Source of the DNA: a virus
Lineage: Duplodnaviria; Caudoviricetes
Virus record (IMG/VR): IMGVR_UViG_3300028048_000063
Coordinates: 32,001 to 96,000 of that record
Reading direction: 5' to 3' (one strand)
DNA: 64,000 nucleotides
Shown: positions 49,881 to 59,901 of the stretch, in pieces
How positions within the stretch are numbered: the first letter of the stretch is position 1
How the letters are laid out: each line of letters starts with the position of its first letter
Notes under the pieces: generated by a model
The model's input: only the letters and a program-made list of their open reading frames with translations
Database searches by the model: none
Told to the model about the DNA's origin: nothing
Made by a program: the position numbers and the translations under genes

Positions 49881-50744
49881 TTATAAAGTTATATCGCCAT
49901 CACTGCAATGAATTGTTGTAAGCACACTTGGGTCACACCAGTCAGTGCCAAAAGTAATATTTCCCCATTCAGCCATTGTTCCTGTGTAGGTTAAACTTGA
50001 TAAATTTGAACAGCCAGAGAATGCATTCCAGCCAATAGATGTTACACTGTTTGGTATACGTACATATGACAAATAGCTACAACTATCAAAACTCCAGTCC
50101 TCTATTCCTGTTATATTATCTGGGAGCACGATAGTATCCAAAGCGCTACAGGCTTGAAACATACTACTACTAATTTTAGGTATTGTACACTTATCCATGT
50201 ATACGTTTGTTAAATTGGTACATCCTTGAAATATATGAGTACCAAATTGCCCATTTTGAATTACACAGGCTCCAAAGTCAACACTTTGTAAATTAGGACA
50301 ATTTTGAAAAGCGTATGATCCTATACTTTCAATACTATCTGGAATAGTAATACTAGTAAAATTAGTTCTGTTTTTAGCAGCTGCCATTTCAATTCTACGA
50401 CATTCACTACGTATTGTTTCTGTATTTAAATTTAATAAAGTATAATAACTATTTCCTTCTGCAGGCATATACATATTTACATTGCCCCAGCTTCCAACTA
50501 AATTTGGGGCTACATTAACAGAAACCTCGCTATATCCAGCACAAGAATCGCTGCTGGCATAATATGTCCCATTCTCTGATATAGATTTAGTATAAATTGG
50601 TACATTTACATATACGGAATTATATCCATCATATCCGCTACCTTCTGGTGTATATGTGTGTTCATTTTCTGTGGCGTTTAAATCTGTTAATTTGGCCCCG
50701 CCACCTGTTACAATCATAGGATTTTTAACTAATACATTACTCAT
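49881..50744 (-). CDS. Fibre-cluster protein with BspA-type leucine-rich repeats
   Basis: N-terminal NGTY...GYSEVSVNV fibre repeats; IPDSIESIGSYAFQNC and IPNSVTSIGWNAFSGCSNL. Confidence 0.85.
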   Translation of the reverse strand: MSNVLVKNPMIVTGGGAKLTDLNATENEHTYTPEGSGYDGYNSVYVNVPIYTKSISENGTYYASSDSCAGYSEVSVNVAPNLVGSWGNVNMYMPAEGNSYYTLLNLNTETIRSECRRIEMAAAKNRTNFTSITIPDSIESIGSYAFQNCPNLQSVDFGACVIQNGQFGTHIFQGCTNLTNVYMDKCTIPKISSSMFQACSALDTIVLPDNITGIEDWSFDSCSYLSYVRIPNSVTSIGWNAFSGCSNLSSLTYTGTMAEWGNITFGTDWCDPSVLTTIHCSDGDITL

Positions 50745-50745
50745 A

Positions 50746-53700
50746 TTAAATATCCCCCTCTGTTATTTTAATATATACATCACCACCAATGGCATCTTTA
50801 TCGATACAATAGAAATAAAGATATATATCATCTCCTCCGTTTTGAATATGAGCACTTTGAAGAACTAATCCACTTTGTGCAAACATAACTGGGTTATTAT
50901 TTACCAATTCAAATACATAGTTTTTATTGTCATCAAGATCAAAACTAAAGTCTTTATTTGATTTGCTAAGATATTTTTGTGCTTGATCTTGGAATGGACT
51001 TGTAGCACCTTCGCTAAAGTCAGATGAGCTTAGATATATCCTTAATTTATTTGCTGCTGGTATTTCAGAAGCTGTAATTAATGCCTCTAATTCACCATTA
51101 ATAACCTTACTTAATGCACCAATAGATGCTGGTGTAAATGAAGCAAATGCAAACGTATTTAAGAAGCTCTGTACATCACTAGGTATAGATAGAGTTACAG
51201 CGAAAGGCATTTGCATAATACCTTCGGATGATAAGTAGTCTGTGCTTGTATTCCACTCACCCTCAGGTGATCCTTCTTGCATATAAAGACTCATTTCTTC
51301 TATATCTTCTATCATTGACATAAATATTCCAGCTGTACTAATTTCTATTGGAGCCATACAAATGAGTTCCATTTTTTCATCTCCAAGGTTAGCCCATAAA
51401 TCTTGAATATAATATGTATATTCTTCGCCCATATTAAATGAGAAATGAAGTAATGTCTTTTGATTGAATGGTATTAAACCTACAGCAACGATATCACCAG
51501 CTTGTGGGTTTTCTGGAGGTGTTTCGCCCTCTATAGGTGTATATGTCTTTTCAACCCATTCACCTGAAACATATTGTTTAAGCAAATATGTCATAACACA
51601 GAACCAATACATACCCTCTGTTGGCTCACTTGGTTCACTTTCTTCGGTAACTTGTACAGATAATTGTTCCCAACTTGAACCATTATATATTAAGAAATCA
51701 GGAGCACCTTCAAAAGAAATATAGAATGTATGATCTGGTACAATTTCTGTTGTTGTAATATTTGGATCTGATGTAATATCAAAAGCTATTGAAGATGTAG
51801 AAAGACCGTCACTTAAATATTCTTTACTTTCCTCTATATCTGCTTCTTTGTAATATTGTCCTTCAACAAAAGGAATGGATGCACTCTTAAGGTTATCTGC
51901 CCACCAAGATGTATGGTATAAGGATTGTATTGTATCATCGCTATCTAATTCTTCTGGGTTACCATTATATATACCTGTAGACTTCATCCAACCAGATTGA
52001 ATACCATATCGTAAATAGTCACCTGTTGAATAAAGGTATGCAGATATATCACTTGAGCCGTCGCTAAAAGCCCTCCAACCAAGTATTGCCAACAATTTAT
52101 TATCATCTTCAGGCTTCATGAGCATGATATATAAACTAGAATCTTCATGCCCAGTATATGCTAACATAACCATTGATTCTCTATATTCGTTTTTGAATAA
52201 TTTTGCTTGTGAGCCACCATCAAACATATATGTCAAGCCATAAACATTTGTTGTAGAAACTAATTGCCAATCACTTCCATCATATTGATATAAATTTTGT
52301 GTATCATTTGTATCATACCAGAATTGATCTTGTTGTGGATCGCTTGGTCGACTTCCTGTTTGTGGAGAGAACTCGTTCATAGATCCAGATGTATAATAAT
52401 AGAAATTATAATCATCTCTCTCTGGGTTCGGTGTCTTAGCTACCTTATAATAATTTCCGTCAGAAATAGTTATCATATTTGAACATGTAATCCAACTGTT
52501 TCCGAGATACTTCTTTAAAGTACCATTGTCGTACCAATAATCATAATTTTGTGGATCAGCTGGCTCAGAATCGGTATATGTTAATTCACGTACTTTGTAT
52601 CTTATTTTGTCTGCGTCTTGATCTGGTGAATAATTATCCCAGTCATAATTATCAATGTCGGTTAAACGTGTAGATGCGTCTATACATAACTTGTTTAATT
52701 TTGTTCCTACTTCAAAAGCACTAATTTCTGTTTCTGGTACTTCTTTAAATGGAGCGTTCTCTAACTCAAAATAGTCAGATGTGCCTGAACCGCCGCCAAT
52801 ATCTTGAGCAGAAAAGCTAACTCCAGGCTCTCTTTCACCCTCTTTACCAATTTGTATAGAAAGTAGCTTTTGTGCGCCTTCACCCATAAATATTACTGTA
52901 GAGAACATTACCGTATCATATCCTGGCATAGACATTTTTGTTATTTTTGGTGCATACAAAGGTTGTATAACATCTTGTCCACCTTCTTCTCCAACTTTAA
53001 TATTTACTTTAATAAAAGAAATTTCTGTATTTACTGCTTCTTCAAATTCTTCTGTAGTAATACTTAATTCACCAATAGGTTCAAGCGTCTCACCACTTAT
53101 AACACCGATTGTTTCTATTACAGCAACACCCTCACCTGGTGCACCGCTTCCGTCTATAGCTTTATATTCTTCTCCGTCATAGAAATAGATCTTGCCAGAG
53201 ATATATTGAGATGCGGCTGCAGTTCCAACAATTATTCCATTCCAAGATGGTGGGTTAGTATCTGTTATTGTATTAATAGTTCTTTCACTTGAACTAGAAA
53301 TATTTATAGTATAATCACCATTAGCATCTAAATTATGCCAACCAGCAGTTGCTAAATCTGGCATATCTTCTGACATATAAATAACATCAAAATCACCTAA
53401 TGCTCCAGTATCGCTAAGAACAAATACCCCGTATACACCATTATCTGTAAATCCATATATTAAAGGTGATTCTTCACTAGAACCTGCCATTAACAATCCT
53501 TCCTCATATTGCGTCCAATCAACATTTTGTAAGAATGTTAATAATTGACTTTCTTTGCTTGTATCAAAGTGTATCTTATCTCCATTAGAAAGTGTTTGTC
53601 CTATTGTTAATGCTTCAAGTCCACTACCTTCACCCGTGTGTCTGTAGTAAGTATTAGCGACAGGTGTAAAGCCAACTGCTTCTAAATCTTGATTGATAAT

Positions 53701-54012
53701 TGGTTTGTTATCTAAATCGTTGTAATCATCGACACCAAGCTCTCCTACAACACTGATTACACCGTTTGTAATATCAATATTTGTACCAGCGGTATATGTT
53801 GTATCTGTTGCACTAATAACACCGTTACTAATATCAATATTAGAGCCCGCTGTTAATGTATCTTGTTTTCCTGCTAAGGCTGTAAATACAGCGCCGCCTT
53901 CAACAGGATTGACGCTATTTTCAACTACACTACTATCTATAGCTTCAATTCTTGCGTCTTGAATGTCTTTTAAGACACTATCTTTTTTAATTTTATTTAT
54001 AAAATTACTCAT
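50746..54012 (-). CDS. Acidic tail fibre / receptor-binding protein (1088 aa)
   Basis: KQDTLTAGSNIDI and DY.DLDNKPIINQ shared with 46056..49496; WYD...LYQYDGSDW fibre motifs. Confidence 0.72.
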   Translation of the reverse strand: MSNFINKIKKDSVLKDIQDARIEAIDSSVVENSVNPVEGGAVFTALAGKQDTLTAGSNIDISNGVISATDTTYTAGTNIDITNGVISVVGELGVDDYNDLDNKPIINQDLEAVGFTPVANTYYRHTGEGSGLEALTIGQTLSNGDKIHFDTSKESQLLTFLQNVDWTQYEEGLLMAGSSEESPLIYGFTDNGVYGVFVLSDTGALGDFDVIYMSEDMPDLATAGWHNLDANGDYTINISSSSERTINTITDTNPPSWNGIIVGTAAASQYISGKIYFYDGEEYKAIDGSGAPGEGVAVIETIGVISGETLEPIGELSITTEEFEEAVNTEISFIKVNIKVGEEGGQDVIQPLYAPKITKMSMPGYDTVMFSTVIFMGEGAQKLLSIQIGKEGEREPGVSFSAQDIGGGSGTSDYFELENAPFKEVPETEISAFEVGTKLNKLCIDASTRLTDIDNYDWDNYSPDQDADKIRYKVRELTYTDSEPADPQNYDYWYDNGTLKKYLGNSWITCSNMITISDGNYYKVAKTPNPERDDYNFYYYTSGSMNEFSPQTGSRPSDPQQDQFWYDTNDTQNLYQYDGSDWQLVSTTNVYGLTYMFDGGSQAKLFKNEYRESMVMLAYTGHEDSSLYIMLMKPEDDNKLLAILGWRAFSDGSSDISAYLYSTGDYLRYGIQSGWMKSTGIYNGNPEELDSDDTIQSLYHTSWWADNLKSASIPFVEGQYYKEADIEESKEYLSDGLSTSSIAFDITSDPNITTTEIVPDHTFYISFEGAPDFLIYNGSSWEQLSVQVTEESEPSEPTEGMYWFCVMTYLLKQYVSGEWVEKTYTPIEGETPPENPQAGDIVAVGLIPFNQKTLLHFSFNMGEEYTYYIQDLWANLGDEKMELICMAPIEISTAGIFMSMIEDIEEMSLYMQEGSPEGEWNTSTDYLSSEGIMQMPFAVTLSIPSDVQSFLNTFAFASFTPASIGALSKVINGELEALITASEIPAANKLRIYLSSSDFSEGATSPFQDQAQKYLSKSNKDFSFDLDDNKNYVFELVNNNPVMFAQSGLVLQSAHIQNGGDDIYLYFYCIDKDAIGGDVYIKITEGDI

Positions 54013-54040
54013 GTTGTTTTCCTTCCTCCTTTAAATATTT

Positions 54041-54628
54041 TTAAATAAATTCTACTACTTCACCATTAAATTCACCACCGTGGACTAACACTAATGTTGT
54101 ACCATCAAAGTAATCATCTTCTGGATCTTTAGAAAGAACAAGTGTTTCACCATCAAAGTGTTGTGGATTATCAATAATATAAAGATAGCCTTGATATTTA
54201 TTAGCAGGCTCTTCTTTTAAAGTTACAATCTTAATAATTCCACTATCGTTATCACTAACTGGTGCTACATTGAGTCCTTCGACTCTTGTTTGGATTCCCG
54301 CATAAATTGCTTTATTTTGTACAGGGTTTTCTGATGTTGGACTTAATTCAGGATCGATACTATCCGTCATTTGTAACCATTGATCTGTACCCTCATATGT
54401 GGTCCATACATATTCTGCACCACTTGGTACAGTACCACTACTACCTTGGTACTTAACGGTATACATATCACCTAATTCTGCGTCGTTAGGTAATTCGTTG
54501 TAGTAATCTACAACACCCTTATAAGAAACGCCCCTTGGTAACGCATCTATACGAGCATTTGCTAAATTTGCGGCAGCAAGGCCGCTCCCGGCCAAACCTC
54601 TGGCAATAATATCTACTCCACTAGCCAT
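54041..54628 (-). CDS. Fibre-cluster protein (195 aa)
   Basis: YKGVV....LP.DAELGDMYTV and SPTSENPVQNKAI fibre motifs. Confidence 0.65.
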   Translation of the reverse strand: MASGVDIIARGLAGSGLAAANLANARIDALPRGVSYKGVVDYYNELPNDAELGDMYTVKYQGSSGTVPSGAEYVWTTYEGTDQWLQMTDSIDPELSPTSENPVQNKAIYAGIQTRVEGLNVAPVSDNDSGIIKIVTLKEEPANKYQGYLYIIDNPQHFDGETLVLSKDPEDDYFDGTTLVLVHGGEFNGEVVEFI

Positions 54629-54629
54629 A

Positions 54630-55007
54630 TTACGCCTCCGCTACACCTGTAATTACTGCCTCTCCTTCTATTGAGCTAACAACAACTCTTACTCTTGCAT
54701 TTCCATTAATACCAATAGCATAAATACCATTTGAAGTGATCTCAGATAATACTTGGAATCCACTCATGTTAATAATTGCTAATGGTGTCCATGAACATTC
54801 TTCGTCTGTCATTGTTTCGCCATTTGGTTTAATGATATTTACACATCCTTCTACACTAAGCGCAATGCTTGTAGCTCCGCTAACTTCAAGTGTTAATGTG
54901 CTAAAACCATTATTTCGGAAAGGTTCACTTGTCCCCGCTGCTGATACTGGTGTTTTCACAGAATCAAAGAAAGGGAAAATTTGTTTGTCTGTTCTGATAC
55001 TTGGCAT
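54630..55007 (-). CDS. Small beta-rich structural protein (125 aa)
   Basis: First gene of the fibre operon; strong SD. Confidence 0.6.
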   Translation of the reverse strand: MPSIRTDKQIFPFFDSVKTPVSAAGTSEPFRNNGFSTLTLEVSGATSIALSVEGCVNIIKPNGETMTDEECSWTPLAIINMSGFQVLSEITSNGIYAIGINGNARVRVVVSSIEGEAVITGVAEA

Positions 55008-55017
55008 TTTTCATTCC

Positions 55018-55133
55018 TCCTTGTTAAAAATTAAAAAATAAACATAATAATAACAAGGAAGTTAGAACAAAACCCCAAGTTATTATTGCCAGGGGACGAA
55101 GCATGTAAAACAAACACACTCACGCCCCGTCCC
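55018..55133 (-). promoter_or_regulatory. Structured leader of the fibre operon; inverted repeat overlaps the SD
   Basis: 13-bp G-U-containing hairpin at 55093-55133; ATAACTTGG; TCCTTGTTA...TAACAAGGA overlapping AAGGAGG. Confidence 0.65.
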
Positions 55134-55215
55134 GTTATTTTTGTCTAATTAAATTTTATTTTTTTGTTTACCAAATAAAAGCTTCATTTTATTCGATATC
55201 GAACAGTGTGTTCGA

Positions 55216-55791
55216 TTATTTTTTGAAATCAGAGATATTTCTTCTCTTAAATTTTTCTGATACGTAATCATATTCTACTAAGCCATTAAAGATAACTTTT
55301 CCAGGAATTTTATATTTAATAAGATAATCTTTATTATAGTCATCTATAGCTTCCTGCATAGTATTAAACCCAGGATAAATTTTAGTATAATCATTAACAT
55401 ACCATTTTCCATCTAAACAGAAAATTAAAATACAATGTCCATCTGTAATTTTAGATGGTGTTACTGTTAAAAGATAACATTCAATACCGCTGTTGTATAA
55501 ACAATGATAAACTAGCGAATGAAAACCATCACAGTCATCTTTTAATGGTTGCTCTAAATAAGTCGCGTAATTTTGTGGTGGAGGCACGATTGCATCTCCT
55601 AATTGATCAATACCATCAGCTGTCCATATAAAGCTGTTATATAATCTTACAACTAAACTCTTTACTTCTTGTAATGTGCCGGCTTTATCTATTGACTGTG
55701 TACCTATATTAGATTTAATACATTTTTTAAATCTATAATTACTCCACCAACACCACCAACTAATTATTAAATTTCCAAAAAATTCTATCAT
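55216..55791 (-). CDS. Transglutaminase-like cysteine protease fold protein
   Basis: DDCDGF...GHCILIF...WYVND (candidate Cys-His-Asp triad). Confidence 0.6.
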   Translation of the reverse strand: MIEFFGNLIISWWCWWSNYRFKKCIKSNIGTQSIDKAGTLQEVKSLVVRLYNSFIWTADGIDQLGDAIVPPPQNYATYLEQPLKDDCDGFHSLVYHCLYNSGIECYLLTVTPSKITDGHCILIFCLDGKWYVNDYTKIYPGFNTMQEAIDDYNKDYLIKYKIPGKVIFNGLVEYDYVSEKFKRRNISDFKK

Positions 55792-55792
55792 A

Positions 55793-56248
55793 TTATTTCT
55801 CCTGTAATCTGTAAGTGATATCTTTTACTTCTTTGTTTGTTATTTTTAATAATCTTTGATTTGTTGTTGGTTTATTTAATGGTCCTTTATCTTCTTGATA
55901 TGATCCATATTTATAATAATCGAGATATCTTAATAAACGATCATCTATTTCGTCATCACCACTATACATAGCAACTTTAAGATCAAAAGCAGTATGAATA
56001 TAATTTGTTAAATAAACAATATCATTATGGCTTGAATCCCCACCCATGAATAACACACAAGTAATGTCTGGGTGTTTTTTTATTAAATTCCACATTTCTT
56101 CAAACGTCAATTCTGTACCAATATCTTCTCTTAAATATGCAGAGTGACAATTTTCGCATCTATGTGGACAATTAGTTATATTGATAGCTAAAGAGATCTC
56201 ATCTGGGATCTCTTGAAAAACTATCGCTGTATCATAATATTTAAGCAT
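55793..56248 (-). CDS. nrdG: Anaerobic RNR activating enzyme
   Basis: CPHRCENCHS, FMGGD, TTNQR; overlaps the nrdD stop. Confidence 0.93.
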   Translation of the reverse strand: MLKYYDTAIVFQEIPDEISLAINITNCPHRCENCHSAYLREDIGTELTFEEMWNLIKKHPDITCVLFMGGDSSHNDIVYLTNYIHTAFDLKVAMYSGDDEIDDRLLRYLDYYKYGSYQEDKGPLNKPTTNQRLLKITNKEVKDITYRLQEK

Positions 56249-58163
56249 CGCAATTTTCTCCTGTAGCGTAATACCTTTTGCTTGCCTCTATTTGTCTAAC
56301 CTCACTGAAGTTAGAAATTCTCTTTAAATAACCAATAATCCTTGTTGCGTAATCTAAATTTTTAGAGCCACAAACTGGGCACTCCTTCAACATACGCTTA
56401 TCAATATGACCACAATCATTACAAATTGTATTAGGAATATTAAAGGTAAAATATGAACATCCAGATTTAATAGCAATATCCATGAGCTTTCTATATTGCT
56501 CTTTTGATAAATGTTCAGAAAGGTTACAATGGTAAGCTGATCCACCGTCTAAATTTCCTATGAAATCTTTACCTTGCAAATACATTTTTGTAATAGGATC
56601 GTATGTCTCGTCTTCAACTGGATAAAAATAAGAATTATACAAGTTTCTACCTTCTGGTACCCAATATCCTGCTTTTTTATCCCAATTGTATAACTTTGCA
56701 CCTGCATTTTCACCTGGAACCTGCTCCGTATTCAGACGAATGTGTTCAGTACGATGTTCGGCATTTCTTTCTTTAATTGTATTCAAAATGTCTTTTGTAT
56801 ATTGTTTATATCCTTCATTATCTGGTTTAATTTCTATACCCTTATATTCTTTTGGTATATACTCGTCGACAGTTTTTAAGAATTCGGCGCCCTCGACCAG
56901 ACCTGAGAACCCACATGTTAAATACTGTTTGTCTAAATCAATAAATCCAGCTGTATATACTGTTAATAATCCAGCATTATACATATCCCAAAGATGGTCA
57001 TTCCATGCTTCGAGGTATTTATGTACTCGATCTACAATTATAGTGATATATTCAGAAAGAGACTTTCTATTCCTCTTATACTTCACATTAACCTCCTCAT
57101 TGAACCAATTTTGAACAATTCTGTTAATGTTAAGTGTAATAACTTTTTTGGATCCAGTCTCTACTCCACCAGCACCTAACGTGTATGAGAAAACGTTTTC
57201 TTCAATAGCATTTTTTAATCTGCAACAACTTGAAAGAGCGTCTGCAGAATCGCTGTTATATAAGAAGAAGCTGTGTCCCTCACTCCACATCTCAGCAGTG
57301 AAATCAGCCATTTCTTCATCGACATATTTATGAGTATCTTTATCCCACAATAAATTCATTGTTTCAACTGGGAAAGTAATAACTTCTTTAGTTCTTTCTT
57401 TATTGAACCATTTCATAAACATCTTTTGAAGTTCTTTTGTTGTTTCCCAACAAGGCTCATCTCCATCTGGGAATATAAAATCCTTAAAGATAGAATTAAA
57501 ATATCCTTTATCAAAATATGCAATGTTTGTAAAAGGAGATTGATATCCTCTAGCTGCTGCTGGTTGGTTTACACAATATACAAATTCTTGAAACAAATCT
57601 TCTACGATATGTCTAACTGTAACTTGATTATTACCAATATTCCAAACTGGCTCATCTAAATGATCCATATAATCTGCGCCATAGTCATTTCTAAGGAAAT
57701 GATCTAAATATGGTAAAAACTCAGGAACAGCGACTGCACCTGCAAATTGACCTGCGATCAAGAAAATTAAATTACATAATCCTCCAATAAAGCTGCTTGC
57801 GTGCTTTGGTGGTCCTGACGTTCCACCTAATCTCTTTAATCCATCAAGTAAGAATGGATATAGAGATATAGCTACACAGTAAGGCATTATACTGGTTTCG
57901 TCATGACTATAAATGATATGATTTTTAAGATCGTCATCGAATTGATCACACAATTCTTGACCATATTTTTCTAATAAATATTTTTTTGTAATAGCCCTAT
58001 TTATATCAATAAAATCAGGCTTTGATAATTCAGTAGACATTGTTGCTATATTTTTACTTACAACATTAGCATTAGCATCTACTTGACTACCTGTTGCTGC
58101 ATTGCTTGCCTTTTTATAGTTATCTATAAACTTTAACTTTTTTTCTAATACTCTAGAATCCAT
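56241..58163 (-). CDS. nrdD: Class III anaerobic ribonucleoside-triphosphate reductase (no ATP cone)
   Basis: IYSHD, PYC, QFAGAVA, TFPV, SSCCRL, PGEN; Zn site CNDC...CPVC; glycyl radical loop RIIGYL. Confidence 0.95.
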   Translation of the reverse strand: MDSRVLEKKLKFIDNYKKASNAATGSQVDANANVVSKNIATMSTELSKPDFIDINRAITKKYLLEKYGQELCDQFDDDLKNHIIYSHDETSIMPYCVAISLYPFLLDGLKRLGGTSGPPKHASSFIGGLCNLIFLIAGQFAGAVAVPEFLPYLDHFLRNDYGADYMDHLDEPVWNIGNNQVTVRHIVEDLFQEFVYCVNQPAAARGYQSPFTNIAYFDKGYFNSIFKDFIFPDGDEPCWETTKELQKMFMKWFNKERTKEVITFPVETMNLLWDKDTHKYVDEEMADFTAEMWSEGHSFFLYNSDSADALSSCCRLKNAIEENVFSYTLGAGGVETGSKKVITLNINRIVQNWFNEEVNVKYKRNRKSLSEYITIIVDRVHKYLEAWNDHLWDMYNAGLLTVYTAGFIDLDKQYLTCGFSGLVEGAEFLKTVDEYIPKEYKGIEIKPDNEGYKQYTKDILNTIKERNAEHRTEHIRLNTEQVPGENAGAKLYNWDKKAGYWVPEGRNLYNSYFYPVEDETYDPITKMYLQGKDFIGNLDGGSAYHCNLSEHLSKEQYRKLMDIAIKSGCSYFTFNIPNTICNDCGHIDKRMLKECPVCGSKNLDYATRIIGYLKRISNFSEVRQIEASKRYYATGENCDA

Positions 58164-58165
58164 AA

Positions 58166-58399
58166 TTACTCTCCTTGCTTAATAGGTGGTTTGAATTGAT
58201 TGATCCAATCCATCATAGGCTTACCTTGTAATATTTGTCCATCAACCTCGATAGCAGGTGTATGAGAAATTCCTTTCTCCTTCATCTCTTCAACACTTAA
58301 GCAAGAATTGTATTCTACTTTATATTTGTCAAGCAACATTCCAACCATTCTACATTGAGGACATGTTGCTGTATGATAAAATGTAATCTTATCTTCCAT
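58166..58399 (-). CDS. Glutaredoxin/NrdH-like redoxin
   Basis: CPQC and TPAIEVDG; directly upstream of nrdD. Confidence 0.85.
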   Translation of the reverse strand: MEDKITFYHTATCPQCRMVGMLLDKYKVEYNSCLSVEEMKEKGISHTPAIEVDGQILQGKPMMDWINQFKPPIKQGE

Positions 58400-58415
58400 A
58401 ATCTATATCTCCTTA

Positions 58416-59135
58416 TTATTTCTCTAATACTAATACATTACAGAACCCAGATTTATAGACACAACCATCTAAGCCAACAATTTTTTCTCCTATATATGTA
58501 GAATTATCGTTATTATCCGCAGGGGCGCCATCTAAGGCCGTGCGAAAGTCAGATGTCTTCCAATGACCACAGACAATTATCTTGTCTTCTGGTACTGTGC
58601 AGACCTGGATCATCTTCCATGGACATGCTAAAGTAGCACTCATCCATGCATAAAAAGACGCATCTCTCCAATTTTCGCGGCAATAAAACCCCTCATATGG
58701 AATCCAAGAATGAACAAATAATAAGTTGTCGCATTCCCAATAATTAACCCACTCGTCACTAAATATCCATTGCACTACTCCTGTATTAATAAAAGGTTGT
58801 ACTAATGAATTAAACTTTAGTCCTGGATAAAAATTTTTTACAAATTGTTCTATAGTATTCGCTGTGCCGTTATTTATATCGGCAGATAATAAATATCCTC
58901 TTTCTGTAATTGCTTTTAAAAAGAACTCGTGATTACCACGAATTAATACACGTCTATTTTTAGGTATAGAACGTAGAAACCTATATACTTTTACACACTC
59001 AGATCCACGGTCAAATATATCGCCAAGAACAACTAAAATACTATTCTCGTCTGTCTTACGATACCCTGCTTTACGCAGGGCAGAGCGCATTTCTTTATAA
59101 TGACCATGAATGTCAGAAATTATAAAATATCTCAT
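58416..59135 (-). CDS. Calcineurin-like metallophosphoesterase
   Basis: SDIHG, GDIFDRG, RGNHE, GHW. Confidence 0.9.
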   Translation of the reverse strand: MRYFIISDIHGHYKEMRSALRKAGYRKTDENSILVVLGDIFDRGSECVKVYRFLRSIPKNRRVLIRGNHEFFLKAITERGYLLSADINNGTANTIEQFVKNFYPGLKFNSLVQPFINTGVVQWIFSDEWVNYWECDNLLFVHSWIPYEGFYCRENWRDASFYAWMSATLACPWKMIQVCTVPEDKIIVCGHWKTSDFRTALDGAPADNNDNSTYIGEKIVGLDGCVYKSGFCNVLVLEK

Positions 59136-59899
59136 TGTTCTTCATCGTCTGGTTTAATATCTGTGATATGATTTAATTTTTTATCAAGATCTTCACCTAT
59201 CTTACTATATTTAGCTTCGTCTTGTGCCAATCCTTCTTCGACTTCTTTTGCGGCTAATTCACCTAAAGTTTGTTGAAGTTCATCACCGCCATTGTTCATA
59301 ACATCAACCGCAAGTAGCCCTTTGATCATATCTGGAGTAAATTGATTTTTAACATCTTTAAGTGTTTCGATCCACTTATTATACTCTGCATCATTAAGAA
59401 TAGATGCTGTTTGAATTAAACGATATGCATTAGAAACATTGATCATATTGTCAATATAAGAGCAGAAACGTTGATAGTCTTTTGAACAGACATTTAAAAT
59501 GGTGTCTGCAAGTCCGTATATGTAACAATAGTCATAAGCAACAAAAGTTTGATCTAAAATACCTATATCATTATCAATATTGATAACATATGATAATAAT
59601 CCTTTGAACATCTTATCAATTTCTAACACACTTGCTGCACCACTTGAGTCTAATTCGTCAATTAAATCTTTAGCTATAGTAATTGCAATAGTTGTCTTTT
59701 CTTGTAATGGTAAAAAATCTCGAATTTGCAATTGACTTAAAAATGCTTTAATAGCTAAATCATTTTCTTCTGTCGGATCATCTTCAAAAGTAAGACATAA
59801 AGTAAGATATTGATTTAAAGATAAAAGATCTTCCTCCTGTTCGCTTTTTTCTGTTACTTCAATATTTTGTTCTTCTGTATTTTTAATTTCTTCTTCCAT
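59132..59899 (-). CDS. Acidic hypothetical protein (possible tail assembly chaperone)
   Basis: Helical acidic ORF in the tail module; function inferred from position only. Confidence 0.55.
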   Translation of the reverse strand: MEEEIKNTEEQNIEVTEKSEQEEDLLSLNQYLTLCLTFEDDPTEENDLAIKAFLSQLQIRDFLPLQEKTTIAITIAKDLIDELDSSGAASVLEIDKMFKGLLSYVINIDNDIGILDQTFVAYDYCYIYGLADTILNVCSKDYQRFCSYIDNMINVSNAYRLIQTASILNDAEYNKWIETLKDVKNQFTPDMIKGLLAVDVMNNGGDELQQTLGELAAKEVEEGLAQDEAKYSKIGEDLDKKLNHITDIKPDDEEQ

Positions 59900-59901
59900 T
59901 T

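Noticed and set aside
40595-54012. Diversity-generating retroelement or invertible shufflon acting on the fibre genes
   Set aside because: No reverse transcriptase in the window; the shared fibre blocks differ at synonymous positions rather than only at adenines; all genes are co-oriented and no inverted cassettes were seen.
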